Shown here: positions 28,901 through 37,468 of the stretch, piece after piece
Layout of the letters: every line of letters begins with the position of its first letter
How positions within the stretch are numbered: position 1 is the first letter of the stretch
Assembly: GCF_016863295.1 (NCBI RefSeq)
Contig: NZ_BOOP01000035.1
Location: 37,952 to 101,951, forward strand
Direction: 5' to 3'
DNA from: Planotetraspora phitsanulokensis
GTDB taxonomy: Bacteria; Actinomycetota; Actinomycetes; Streptosporangiales; Streptosporangiaceae
DNA length: 64,000 nucleotides
Translations under genes and position numbers: made by a program
Notes under the pieces: model-generated
Database searches by the model: none
Told to the model about the DNA's origin: nothing
The model's input: the letters and a program-made list of their open reading frames with translations, nothing else

Positions 28901-30955
28901 GCCGACGACCTCGGTCAGGATGGCCAGGCCCTCGCCCTGCTCCGCCAGCCGCTCGGAGACGGGAGTGGCTTCCGCGACGGTGCCGATGGCCCGGGCCTGC
29001 CCGGTGAGCCGTTCCACGTCGGCGTGGTAGCCGGTGAACGCGTCGTCGCCCTGGAGGAACGCGACGGCCCGCCGCGCGGCCGTGCCGATCTCGGAGTCGA
29101 GGTCGGCCGTCAGCGCGTCCACCTTGCTCAGGTCGACGTACCGCATCTCGCGCAACGTCGCGAGGCGGCCCTGGGCCCGGCGAAGCTCGGCGAGTTGCCG
29201 GACCCAGGCGTCGGCCGTCATGGGGGTCTCGCCGCGGGCCTGCCGTACGAGCGAGACGATCCGCCCCTCCGCCTCCCCCAGCGCGGACGCGGCCTGCTCG
29301 GTCAGCGACTGGACCTTCTCGAACTCGTCCAGGACCTGCTCGGCCGTTGCGCGGACGTCTGCGAGCGGCCCGCGCAGACCGTGGTCGTTCAGCCAGTGAT
29401 AGGAGTCGAAGGCCCGGACGCACGCGGCGATCAGCGCCTCGAACACCGGCACTGACGGCGCCATCTCCCCGACCATGCGGACGACGGACAGGCAGTCGGA
29501 GATCCCGCGCACCAGCTCGGCGTTGCCGACGCGTTCCAGCGGGCCGGAGCCCACCGGCTGGGCCGCGGCGAAGGTGTCCGAGACGTACGGCGTCTGCCAG
29601 ACCTGCATGGGATGCACGCGGGTCGGCTCGGCGGAGGTCTCCCGGAACACGATGAGGGTGCCGTCGTCGAACAGCGAGTAGCCGTGACAGGTGATCGGGT
29701 TGGCGACCTCCTTCCGGATCACGTTGTACGGCAGGAGCAGCGTCCGGCCCTCCACCCGCGCGTGGAAGACGTAGAGCACGTCCTCGCCGTTGGGCGAGCG
29801 GATGACGCGCTCGAACTCCAGGCCCGCCACGTCGGTGTCGAAGGTCTTCGCCGTGCCGGTGGCGAGGTAGTAGCCGCCGGGGAAGATGAGGCCCTGGTCC
29901 TCGGGGAGCCGCAGGCAGGACTGGCCGATGCCGTCCAGCCTGACCACGGCCTTGGTCCGGGTGTTGAAGACCAGGTGACGCCAGTCGGCCTCGTTGTAGG
30001 GCCGGATGCGCAGCAGGATCAGCGGGCCGACCCTGGCGTGTTGGACGTCGGCGTCGGCCAGGCTCTGCAGCGGCTCGGCGACGGGCTCCCGGTAGACGCC
30101 CTCTCCGGTCTCCGTGTTGTTCTCGATCTTGATGGTGAGGTCGCCGCCGACGGTCTCGACGAACACCTCGTCCCCGATCGAGATGTGCGGATGGCGACCG
30201 AGGACGTGGTCGTCCCGGGTGGTCTGCGTCCACTCGAAGTCGTGCGACGGCGGGAAGACGTGGTCGCGTTCGCCGCGGTTGTCCAGGTAGGCGATGGAGC
30301 CGTCGGCCGCGACCGTCCACCGCAACACCCGGATGTCCTGCGGACCCGTCTGGAAGACCGCGAGCAGCCTGCCCTCCACCCGGCGCAGCTGCAGCAGCCT
30401 GGTCTCTTTGTAGTACCGGTACAGCTCGCCGAAGTCCCGCTCGAATTGGGAATCGCCGCCGAACGGCAGGGGCGCGTCGTCGAACCGGAACGCGTCGCCG
30501 TCACGGCTGAACCGGTGGGCGGAGAACACGTCCGAGACCGTCGTCTCGGACTTCAGCCCGATGAACACGTTGTAGCCGAACAACATGACCCCGTCCGCCG
30601 ACACGATGTCGCGGGGCACGCAGTTGTTCTCCGTACGGACGCGGTCGGTGCCGACGAGCCGGAGCTCCGTGCCGCCGAAGACCTCGAGCCGGTCGGCGTT
30701 GAGCGCCTCGGCCCGGCGGGCGAGCTCCTTGGCCTGCTCGCCCAGCCGGGCTCTGAGCACCTCGTAGGTGCCCGCGTCGAGCCCGGCCCGCGTCCCGGCG
30801 GCGCCCTCCGCCTCAGCGCCCCCTGTTCCTGCGCCCCCTGTTCCTGCGCCCTCTGTTCCTGCGCCCTCTGCTCCGCTGGTTCCTGTAGCGATCGACTCTG
30901 TCCCGGTCACTGCGGTGTCCGTCCCGCCGGCCTCTGTCACGGAAACCTCTGTCAC
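25907..30955 (-). CDS. Giant (1682 aa) protein: low-complexity Gly/Ala/Thr/Glu N-terminus, about 450-aa globular N-terminal domain of unknown fold, about 650-aa Ala/Arg/Glu/Leu-rich coiled-coil region, C-terminal MoxR-like AAA+ ATPase module. I recall NCBI 'DNA repair ATPase' annotations for homologs.
   Basis: GTG start at 30955, 7 nt after the flotillin stop. Walker A (ISPPGYGKTTLMEY). Walker B (VLLYLDDIQH). Sensor-1-like (VCMAGNP). Very long helical heptad-like stretch (REELLATEG...LRELGDQVRAEELDGRIKAARLD). Single uninterrupted ORF of 5049 nt with consistent codon bias. Confidence 0.85.
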   Translation of the reverse strand: MTEVSVTEAGGTDTAVTGTESIATGTSGAEGAGTEGAGTGGAGTGGAEAEGAAGTRAGLDAGTYEVLRARLGEQAKELARRAEALNADRLEVFGGTELRLVGTDRVRTENNCVPRDIVSADGVMLFGYNVFIGLKSETTVSDVFSAHRFSRDGDAFRFDDAPLPFGGDSQFERDFGELYRYYKETRLLQLRRVEGRLLAVFQTGPQDIRVLRWTVAADGSIAYLDNRGERDHVFPPSHDFEWTQTTRDDHVLGRHPHISIGDEVFVETVGGDLTIKIENNTETGEGVYREPVAEPLQSLADADVQHARVGPLILLRIRPYNEADWRHLVFNTRTKAVVRLDGIGQSCLRLPEDQGLIFPGGYYLATGTAKTFDTDVAGLEFERVIRSPNGEDVLYVFHARVEGRTLLLPYNVIRKEVANPITCHGYSLFDDGTLIVFRETSAEPTRVHPMQVWQTPYVSDTFAAAQPVGSGPLERVGNAELVRGISDCLSVVRMVGEMAPSVPVFEALIAACVRAFDSYHWLNDHGLRGPLADVRATAEQVLDEFEKVQSLTEQAASALGEAEGRIVSLVRQARGETPMTADAWVRQLAELRRAQGRLATLREMRYVDLSKVDALTADLDSEIGTAARRAVAFLQGDDAFTGYHADVERLTGQARAIGTVAEATPVSERLAEQGEGLAILTEVVGTLDIDDATVRTAILERIGDVLGGINRARATLTARREELLATEGRAGFAAEFAVLGQTITGALDVADTPERCDEQLGRLMLQLEGLESRFGEFDDLVARLEEKREDVYEAFSSRKQALLDERARRADRLSASADRILGSLGRRVASLGSLEEVNTYFASDPMVAKLRAVSGELRELGDQVRAEELDGRIKAARLDAGRALRDRLDLYADGGETIRLGRHRFAVNTQPLDLTLVPLDERMAFAITGTDYRAPVGDESFDATRPFWDQLLVSESADVYRAEHLAAAILAEAGTDGQAVTLDALQAAALADGGLLDVVRRVVETRYDEGYERGVHDHDAAAVLDALLRLHAGAGLLRYPPEARAAAQLFWAFGAEEATRATWTTRARSLARARAMFRGSSAVGEMHAELGSAVDAFLRGAGLPGRETGLAGEYLFEELSSTPTGFVTSAAARGLLDGFRGALGGSARELESDLRALGDDLRARHQLVDAWLGAYLDASGGRPAVQAGDLAEAVAVQLCDLPRHDSSAALTATVENLLGTHPRLTGRSLDLRLDEVLARTRRFRTERVPAYRAYQRRRGELVERERARLRLEEYKPSVMSAFVRNRLLDEVYLPLIGDNLAKQLGAAGDAKRTDQMGLLLLISPPGYGKTTLMEYVASRLGLVFVKVNGPALGNAVTSLDPAQAPDATARQEIEKVSFALECSNNVLLYLDDIQHTSPELLQKFISLCDAQRRMEGVWNGRTRTYDLRGKRFAVCMAGNPYTEAGRRFRIPDMLANRADVWNLGDVLSGKEELFALSYIENALTSNPVLAPLSTRDRGDVESLVRLARGDSGVRADQLSHPYSKVELDQIVAVLAKLLRVQEIVLSVNQAYIASAAQADASRTEPPFQLQGSYRNMNKLAERIIPIMNEAELQAVINDHYLGEAQTLTSGAEANLLKLAELRGTMTPGQAERWAEVKSAYLRSKALGGDGDDPVTRAVGAIGLLADRVGGVEKAIERAAGPE

Positions 30956-30962
30956 CCGTCCG

Positions 30963-33038
30963 TCAGTGCTTCACCGCGTCGAGCGCCGCCACCGGCTGTT
31001 CGGCGACGCCGAGCCGCTGCGCGGCGCTCAGCAGGGCCTGCAGCTTGTCGGCATCGGGTCCGCCCGCCTTGATGAGCTTCACCAGGAGCGCGGAGAGCGT
31101 GAGGTTCCGCACGTCGGCCGTGTCCAGCGAGCCGAGCATCCGGCTGAGGTCCTCGGTGAGGCTGGCGGTCCCGTCCAGGTACGGCCGGGCCACCGCCCGC
31201 GCGACGTCCGAGTTCTCGACGAAGCCGTCGATGCTCTTGCCCATCGAGATCGAGCTCATCAGCCGGTCGAAGAACACGGTGTCGCCGCCGACGATGTCGA
31301 TGTCGGCCTTCTCCAGCCCGGCCGCCAGCACGGCCGCCTGCGCCTCGGCGATCTTGCGCTGGACGTCGATGCTCCTGAGCCGGACCTCCGTGTCGGCCTC
31401 CAGCCGCAGGCGGTACTCCTCGTGCCCCCGGCTCGCCTCGTCGAGCGCGGCCATCGCCGCCGCCTTCTCCGTGAGGCCCTCGGCCTCGGCCTTCAGCTTC
31501 TCGCCCACGGCGGCCGCGGCCGCGAGCGCCTTCGCCTGCTCGCCCTCGGCCTCCGCCTTGAGCTTCTCGCCGACGGCCAGGGCGGCGGCGAGCGCCTTCT
31601 CCCTGTCGACGGCGGCCTCCGCGCGGCCCACCTTCTCGATGGCCTCGGCGTCGCGCTCACGCACCTGGACCTCGGCGAGGCCGGCCGCGGCCGCCTCGGC
31701 CTGGATGCCCTCGGCCAGGCGGATCTTCGCCCGGCTGTCGAGCTCGGCCGCCTGCTGGCGGGCCTCGGCGAGCACGAGCTCCTCGCGGGCCTTGTGCTTC
31801 GCGGCGGCCTCGGCGGCCTCGGCCGCCTTGATGTCCTTGACGAGGTTCTCCTGCGCCTCGGCCTCGGCCTGGATCACCAGCGCCTGGCGCGTGCGTTCGG
31901 CCTCCTCGACGACCCGCAGGCGCTTGATGGTCTCCTCCTGCTCGGCGACCGTCTTGTCCACCGCGATCCGCTCGCGTGTGACCTCGGCGATGGCCCGCTT
32001 CTCGACCTCGAGCTCCTTGTCCTTGGCGATGCGGGCCAGCTCGGTCTCACGGTCTCTGGCGATCACCTCGAGCAGGCGGTCCTTCTCGATCCGCTCGGTC
32101 TCGATCGCGATGACCCGCTCGCGGTTCTTCTCCGCGACGGCGATCTCCCTGGCCCGGTTCTCCTCCTGGACGCCGACCTGCTCGTCGGTGCGGATGATGG
32201 CCGACTGCGCCTTGAGGCGTTCCTCGGCCCGCACCCGGGAGGTCTCGGCCTCCTCCCGCGCCCGCATGGTCTCGATCTCACGCTTCTGCTTGGTCTCGGC
32301 GTCGGCCTGGCGCCGTTCCAGCTCGAGGATGGCCTCCCGCGCGTCGACGTTCTGGCGGGTGATCTCCTTCTCCTCGTTGCGCTGGTACTCGTTGGTCCGC
32401 ACGTGCTCGATCGCGGTCAGTTCGGTGATCTTGCGGATGCCCTGGGCGTCGAGGATGTTGGCCGGGTCGAGCTGGGCCATGGGCGTCTGCTCGAGGTAGT
32501 CGATGGCGGCGTCCTCGAGGCTGTAGCCGTTGAGGTCGGTGCCGATCACGCGGACGATCTGGTCCCGGAACTCGTCGCGCTTGGTGTAGAGGTCGACGAA
32601 GTCGAGTTGCTTGCCGACCGTCTTGAGCGCCTCGGAGAACTTGGCGTTGAACAGCTCCTGCAGCGTCTGCTCGTCACTGGCCCGGGCGGTGCCGATCGCC
32701 TGGGCGACCTTGATGACGTCCTCGACGGTCTTGTTGACCCGGACGAAGAACGTGATGCGGATGTCGGCCCGGATGTTGTCCCGGCAGATGAGCCCTTCCT
32801 GCCCGGTCCGAGTGATCTCGATGGTCTTCACCGAGATGTCCATCGTCTCCGACTTGTGCAGCACGGGCATGACGACGGCGCCGGTGAATGTGACGTCCAC
32901 CTTCCGCACTTTGGAGACGATCAGGGCCTTGCCCTGCTCGACCTTGTGGAACAGGCGGCTGATGACGAACACCATGCCGATGACGACGAGAAGGATGACG
33001 CCTAAGAAAACGCCCATTCCTGTGGTGATGACATCCAT
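30963..33038 (-). CDS. Flotillin-family SPFH/band-7 protein (YqiK/FloT-like) with N-terminal membrane anchor and long Glu/Ala/Arg-rich coiled coil.
   Basis: N-terminus (MDVITTGMGVFLGVILLVVIGMVFVISRLFHKVEQGKALIVSK) matches flotillin/YqiK. SPFH core follows, then EA-repeat coiled coil (AEAEAQENLVKDIKAAEAAEAAAKHKAREE...). Confidence 0.9.
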   Translation of the reverse strand: MDVITTGMGVFLGVILLVVIGMVFVISRLFHKVEQGKALIVSKVRKVDVTFTGAVVMPVLHKSETMDISVKTIEITRTGQEGLICRDNIRADIRITFFVRVNKTVEDVIKVAQAIGTARASDEQTLQELFNAKFSEALKTVGKQLDFVDLYTKRDEFRDQIVRVIGTDLNGYSLEDAAIDYLEQTPMAQLDPANILDAQGIRKITELTAIEHVRTNEYQRNEEKEITRQNVDAREAILELERRQADAETKQKREIETMRAREEAETSRVRAEERLKAQSAIIRTDEQVGVQEENRAREIAVAEKNRERVIAIETERIEKDRLLEVIARDRETELARIAKDKELEVEKRAIAEVTRERIAVDKTVAEQEETIKRLRVVEEAERTRQALVIQAEAEAQENLVKDIKAAEAAEAAAKHKAREELVLAEARQQAAELDSRAKIRLAEGIQAEAAAAGLAEVQVRERDAEAIEKVGRAEAAVDREKALAAALAVGEKLKAEAEGEQAKALAAAAAVGEKLKAEAEGLTEKAAAMAALDEASRGHEEYRLRLEADTEVRLRSIDVQRKIAEAQAAVLAAGLEKADIDIVGGDTVFFDRLMSSISMGKSIDGFVENSDVARAVARPYLDGTASLTEDLSRMLGSLDTADVRNLTLSALLVKLIKAGGPDADKLQALLSAAQRLGVAEQPVAALDAVKH

Positions 33039-33053
33039 GCGCTTGGTCCCCTG

Positions 33054-33614
33054 TCAGTGCATTTCATAGGGCATGACCCAGAAGAACTCGCCCTCCGGGT
33101 CGTAGTCGAAGATGAGGGCGGTACTGCCGGCGCGAAGGTCGTCCTCGCCGGTCTGCCGCACCTGGACGACCGCGGAGGAGCCGTCCTCCGCGGTCACCTC
33201 GGCCTGGCCGAAGTCACGCCCGACCCGTCCGGTGCGGATGACGCACATCCGCCCGACGAAGTCGTTCCGCGAGGGCGCGGCGATCGGCGGCAGGAACCGC
33301 CGGAACGGCAGCGCCAGAAGGCGGGTGAGCGACCATGCGGCGAACAGTGCGACCAGCAGGACGGCGATCCTGGCGGGCGTCCCGTCGACCAGCGTCACGC
33401 CGGCGAGGCTGACGAACCAGGCGATCGCCACCATGAGCGAAAGCGCGACGCCCGCGGGCAGCCCGCGCATCCCGATGCCGGACAGGAACTCGTCAGGAAG
33501 GTCCAGCCCGAGACCTCCGAGCAGAACGAGCACCCAATAAGCGATGACGACGACCAACATGAAGCTGAACAGGACGGCCGGAAAACCGAGCGCCGCGCCG
33601 ACGAAATCCCCCAT
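33054..33614 (-). CDS. NfeD/YqiJ-like inner-membrane protein (TM helices plus C-terminal OB-fold), canonical partner of flotillin.
   Basis: Four hydrophobic helices. C-terminal beta-rich OB-like block (GRMCVIRTGRVGRDFGQAEVTAEDGSSAVVQVRQTGEDDLRAGSTALIFDYDPEGEFFWV). Ends 15 nt upstream of the flotillin start. Confidence 0.75.
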   Translation of the reverse strand: MGDFVGAALGFPAVLFSFMLVVVIAYWVLVLLGGLGLDLPDEFLSGIGMRGLPAGVALSLMVAIAWFVSLAGVTLVDGTPARIAVLLVALFAAWSLTRLLALPFRRFLPPIAAPSRNDFVGRMCVIRTGRVGRDFGQAEVTAEDGSSAVVQVRQTGEDDLRAGSTALIFDYDPEGEFFWVMPYEMH

Positions 33615-33639
33615 CGACTCCCACCGTTTGCGTACGTCC

Positions 33640-33720
33640 CCCCTGAGACGTATGCATTATTGCCTGATAGCCGCGCATTTGTAACTAACAAATTGAATGC
33701 GAATATCGGGCACTTCTCGC
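33640..33720 (-). promoter_or_regulatory. AT-rich promoter island (TATGCATTATTGCCTGATAGCCGCGCATTTGTAACTAACAAATTGAATGCGAATATCG) upstream of the nfeD-flotillin-ATPase operon.
   Basis: Local GC drops to about 40% in a roughly 72% GC background, immediately 5' of the nfeD start. Confidence 0.5.
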
Positions 33721-33918
33721 GGCTTCAGCCCGTTGTGTTCACAACGACTCCCTCCACTCACAGGACTCCTGCCCAGCCTCTGTCAGGAGGACGAAGCGAG
33801 CCGGGCGCATCGGCGTGCCGGATGCCGCCTCTTTCGTTTCTCATGGAATCTCGGGGCGACTTCCGCGAGAAAGGAAACCCGCGGCCGGGAGGCCGCGGGA
33901 CCGGCGGGCCGCACGCCC

Positions 33919-34494
33919 TCAGGAGCCAGAGCCCGCGCGGGGGAAGTCACGAGCCTTGATCTTGGCCATGCGACCGTCGGGGTGGTGCCAGACGATGCCC
34001 TCGTACGGACGCGCGTGGAGCCAGGCGCGCAGTCCGTCGAAGTCGCGCGGCGCCGTCTTGACGTCCGCGTCGAGGGTGCCCGGCGCCCAGGCGTGGCGCA
34101 TCAGGACATGCCCGGGGAACCCGTCCGGATTGCCGTTGACCTTGGGGCCGAGCAGTTCGTAGGTGCCCGGCTCGAACGGCTCGGTCGCCGCCGCCTCGGC
34201 CTCCGCGTGCCAGCGGGCGAAGGCGGACTGGACCATGGGCTCCCAGCCGACGGTCTTGCCCGTCTCCTCGTCGGCGGAGAGGGTGACGAACCCGGCGGGG
34301 GCCGCCTTGCCCGGCTTGACCTCGCGTCGCGCCCACCAGCCGGTCCCGTCGAACATCACGCAGGTGCCGTCCCATTTCAGGGTGGGTGTCCCCGCGCCGG
34401 CGAACACCCAGGAGCACTCCGGGTTCTCCGCACGGGTGACGAACTTGGGATTGCCGTCCCAGTCGCGGGCGTAGATGGTCGGGATCTTCCTCAC
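33919..34494 (-). CDS. Minimal covalent nucleotidyltransferase (ATP-dependent RNA/DNA-ligase-like adenylyltransferase domain only, 191 aa).
   Basis: GTG start at 34494. Motif I KWDGT (lysine nucleophile). Motif IV EGIVW. Motif V AKIKARD. Spacing of the motifs is consistent with the Rnl/ligase nucleotidyltransferase fold. No OB or other appended domain. Confidence 0.55.
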   Translation of the reverse strand: MRKIPTIYARDWDGNPKFVTRAENPECSWVFAGAGTPTLKWDGTCVMFDGTGWWARREVKPGKAAPAGFVTLSADEETGKTVGWEPMVQSAFARWHAEAEAAATEPFEPGTYELLGPKVNGNPDGFPGHVLMRHAWAPGTLDADVKTAPRDFDGLRAWLHARPYEGIVWHHPDGRMAKIKARDFPRAGSGS

Positions 34495-34772
34495 GGGGGG
34501 CCGTCCTTCCGCAGGACCACGCTCGTTCGTGCCACGTCTCCCCGGGCGCGCTGAGAAACCGCGTCGGCGCCGTACGACCGGTGAGACCCGGAATGATCAC
34601 CTGATTGTGCCGCCCAGGGCAGCGCGATTGCGATTGATTTGTCGCGGTGCGAGGGAAATCCCGGGGTGCTCAGGCACCGCTGCCGGCCCTCACGGCGAAG
34701 CCGCACCGAGAGAATCCGACTCTGATCCCGCGAACCGGCCGGCCCCAGGGACGTGAGGCCGGCCGGCCGTAC

Positions 34773-35549
34773 TCAGATGGACTTCTGGTAGCTGCGGAAG
34801 GACAACGTCGACAGCAGGATCATCAGCGCAGCCAGGCCCAGCAGCCAGCCGCCGTGGACGGCGACGGCCTGCCAGTCCGGGACGTCGGCCAGGGCCCCGC
34901 GGCCGGTGTCCAGCGACCAGTTGAGCGGGTTGAACGCCGCGATGTTCCGGATCCAGTCCGGCATGAGGTCCTCGGCCATGAACGCCGAGGACAGGAAGGT
35001 GAGCGGCAGCAGGAGGAAGACGCTCAGCCCGATGATGGTCTCCCGCTGACGCACCAGCAGGCCCATCGTGCTCGACAGCGCGCTGAAAATCGCTCCGAGC
35101 AGGATCGACGCCACGATCAGCACCACCACGCCGAGGACGCCGCCGGGATACGACGCGCCCGCCAGCCGTCCGAGGAAGACGATGACCAGCGACTGGACCG
35201 CAGTGCTCACCGCCTGCTCGATGACCCCGGCGTTGAGGATGGCGCTGCGGCGCACCGGTGAGACGAGGAACCGATTCAGCGTGCCGCGCTCGATTTCGTC
35301 GATGACGCCCATGCCGGCCCACATGTTCGACGACACCGCGCTCATCACGACGACGCCGGGCACCAGGTAGTCGGCATAGGAGGCGGCGCCGAAGCCCGGC
35401 AGCTCCGCGACCTTGCGGAACAGGCCGCCGAAGAGGAAGAGCCAGATCGCGGGCTGTACCAGCGTCATGACCACGAGACCGGGATTGCGCATCAGCGCCT
35501 TGAGGCGGCGGTGGGTCATCCACCAGGTGTGCACGAAGAGTGCGCTCAT
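34773..35549 (-). CDS. ABC-2 type transporter permease.
   Basis: Six TM helices. ATGA overlap with the upstream ATPase gene (35546-35549). Confidence 0.8.
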   Translation of the reverse strand: MSALFVHTWWMTHRRLKALMRNPGLVVMTLVQPAIWLFLFGGLFRKVAELPGFGAASYADYLVPGVVVMSAVSSNMWAGMGVIDEIERGTLNRFLVSPVRRSAILNAGVIEQAVSTAVQSLVIVFLGRLAGASYPGGVLGVVVLIVASILLGAIFSALSSTMGLLVRQRETIIGLSVFLLLPLTFLSSAFMAEDLMPDWIRNIAAFNPLNWSLDTGRGALADVPDWQAVAVHGGWLLGLAALMILLSTLSFRSYQKSI

Positions 35550-36544
35550 CGGGCACCTCCAGCCCCGGCCGTGACGGGTTCGTCGGTGTGCGCGAAGCGA
35601 CGGCCCGCGTGACGCAGGTAGACGTCGTCCAGGGACGGCCTGGCCACCGTGACCGCCGCTACCGGCACTCCGGCCTGGTCGAGTGCCGCGAGCGCGATCG
35701 GCACAGCCGCCGCGCCGTCGTCGGCCCTGGCGCTGAGCCGCCGCCCGTCGAACACGATCTCCCGGACGCCGGGAAGGGCTTCCACGAGGGACCGCACGCG
35801 CCGCTCGTCCGGCGCCTCGCGCAGTTCGAGGTGTACGGCGTCGCCGCGCAACTCGGCCTTGAGACCTTCGGGGGTTCCCTCCGCGACGACCCTGCCGCCG
35901 TCGACGATGGCCAGCCGCCTGGCGAGGCGGTCGGCCTCGTCCAGGTAGTGCGTGGTGAGCAGGATCGCCAGCGAGTCGTCACCGGCCAGCCGGGCGATCT
36001 CCTCCCACATCGCGGCCCGCGCCTCGGGGTCGAGCCCGGTGGTCGGCTCGTCGAGGAACAGGACGCGCGGACGGTGCACCAGGCCGAGGGCCACGTCCAG
36101 CCTCCGCTGCATGCCGCCGGAGTACGTCCTGACCTGACGGCCGGCGGCGTCCCCGAGGTCGAACCGGTCGAGCAGTTCCGAAACACGCCGCTCCACCTGG
36201 GCTCCGCGCATGCCGTACAGGTGGGCCTGCAGCACCAGGTTGTCGCGCCCGCTCGCCATGGGGTCGGCGCCGGAACGCTGCGACACGACGCCGATCACCC
36301 TGCGCACCCGGTCGGGGCGGCTCAGGACGTCGTGCCCCGCGATGCTCGCGGTGCCCGAATCAGGCCTGACCAGAGTCGTAAGGATCTTGATGGTGGTCGA
36401 CTTGCCGGCGCCGTTCGGGCCGAGCAGCCCGAACACCTCCCCCGGCCGGACCGTGACGGACAACCCGTCGAGCGCCTTCACGCCTCCGGGATAGGTCTTC
36501 ACGATGCTCTCCGCCTCGACGGCGTTCGTCGCCGTGTTCTGCAT
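35546..36544 (-). CDS. ABC transporter ATP-binding protein (DrrA-like exporter ATPase).
   Basis: Walker A GPNGAGKST. Signature YSGGMQRRL. Walker B VLFLDEPTTGLD. ATG at 36544 with RBS GGAGGAAT. Confidence 0.9.
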   Translation of the reverse strand: MQNTATNAVEAESIVKTYPGGVKALDGLSVTVRPGEVFGLLGPNGAGKSTTIKILTTLVRPDSGTASIAGHDVLSRPDRVRRVIGVVSQRSGADPMASGRDNLVLQAHLYGMRGAQVERRVSELLDRFDLGDAAGRQVRTYSGGMQRRLDVALGLVHRPRVLFLDEPTTGLDPEARAAMWEEIARLAGDDSLAILLTTHYLDEADRLARRLAIVDGGRVVAEGTPEGLKAELRGDAVHLELREAPDERRVRSLVEALPGVREIVFDGRRLSARADDGAAAVPIALAALDQAGVPVAAVTVARPSLDDVYLRHAGRRFAHTDEPVTAGAGGAR

Positions 36545-36703
36545 GGATTCCTCCGGTCTCGGATCTTGATCATCCGAACCGGCCCGGGAAGGGGAGCCCA
36601 GCTATCCTTGCGGTTGCCACCTCGTGCTGGTTCCCTTCCGCGGGTTCGGTTCGAGGCCGGGGATCCCGGCGGGGTGTTGCAGCACCTTCGCCGGGGTCCC
36701 TTT

Positions 36704-37356
36704 TCACGTGGCGTCGTTCGTACGGCTCCTCTCCGCGATGTCGAGGACCTCCTGGGGAATCTGCCCCGTCTCGTGGAACCGCCGCCAGAGCTCGAGCTCC
36801 GGAAGCGAACCCGAGGTCAGCTCGCCGAGCAGCGAGCGGACCCAGGTCGCCTCCGCCTCGCGCATGGCCAGGTCGTACTCCGCCTCGAGGAGAAGAACCC
36901 GGGGAATCTCGCCGGCGACCCTCTCAAGCGACTCCCGCGCATCGGCGATCTCCGCCTCCAGCAGGCTCAGGCGCTGACCGAGCAGCGTGGTCACCTCGTC
37001 GGGAGGAAGCACCACGAGCACCGAGAGCCCGGCCTCGAACCTGAAGAACTCACGCTCGGGCGTGGAGACCAGCTCACGCACCCAGTCGACGAGCTCAGCG
37101 CGACCGGCGTCGGTGATCCGGTAGACGGTGCGCTCGGGGCGGCCCCCCTGCCGGACGCTCTCCGTCGCCTCCAGCAGGCCGTGCTTCTCCATGTTCCGCA
37201 CGACGGTGTAGAAGGAGCCCCACTTGATGTTCATGTCGCGGTCCTTGCCCCGCTCGCGGAGCACCGAGGCCATCTCGTAGGGGTGCATCGGCCGTTCCAT
37301 GACCGCGGAGAGCACAGCCAGCGCCAGCAGGTTGCCGACCTTTCGACGCCTGGCCA
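36704..37356 (-). CDS. PadR family transcriptional regulator with extended C-terminal dimerisation domain; likely regulator of the downstream ABC exporter.
   Basis: ATG at 37356. PadR winged-helix block (MHPYEMASVLRERGKDRDMNIKWGSFYTVVRNMEKHGLLEA...GGRPERTVYRITDAGRAEL). Confidence 0.8.
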
Positions 37357-37468
37357 TGGACGCTCCCGCATATTCGCCACCGATTACTCGGATGCGAGTA
37401 TACGTTTGCGAGTAATCGCTGACAACAGCTTCCCGCGGCCCGCCCGGCGCGCGCGTACCCTTCGAGAT

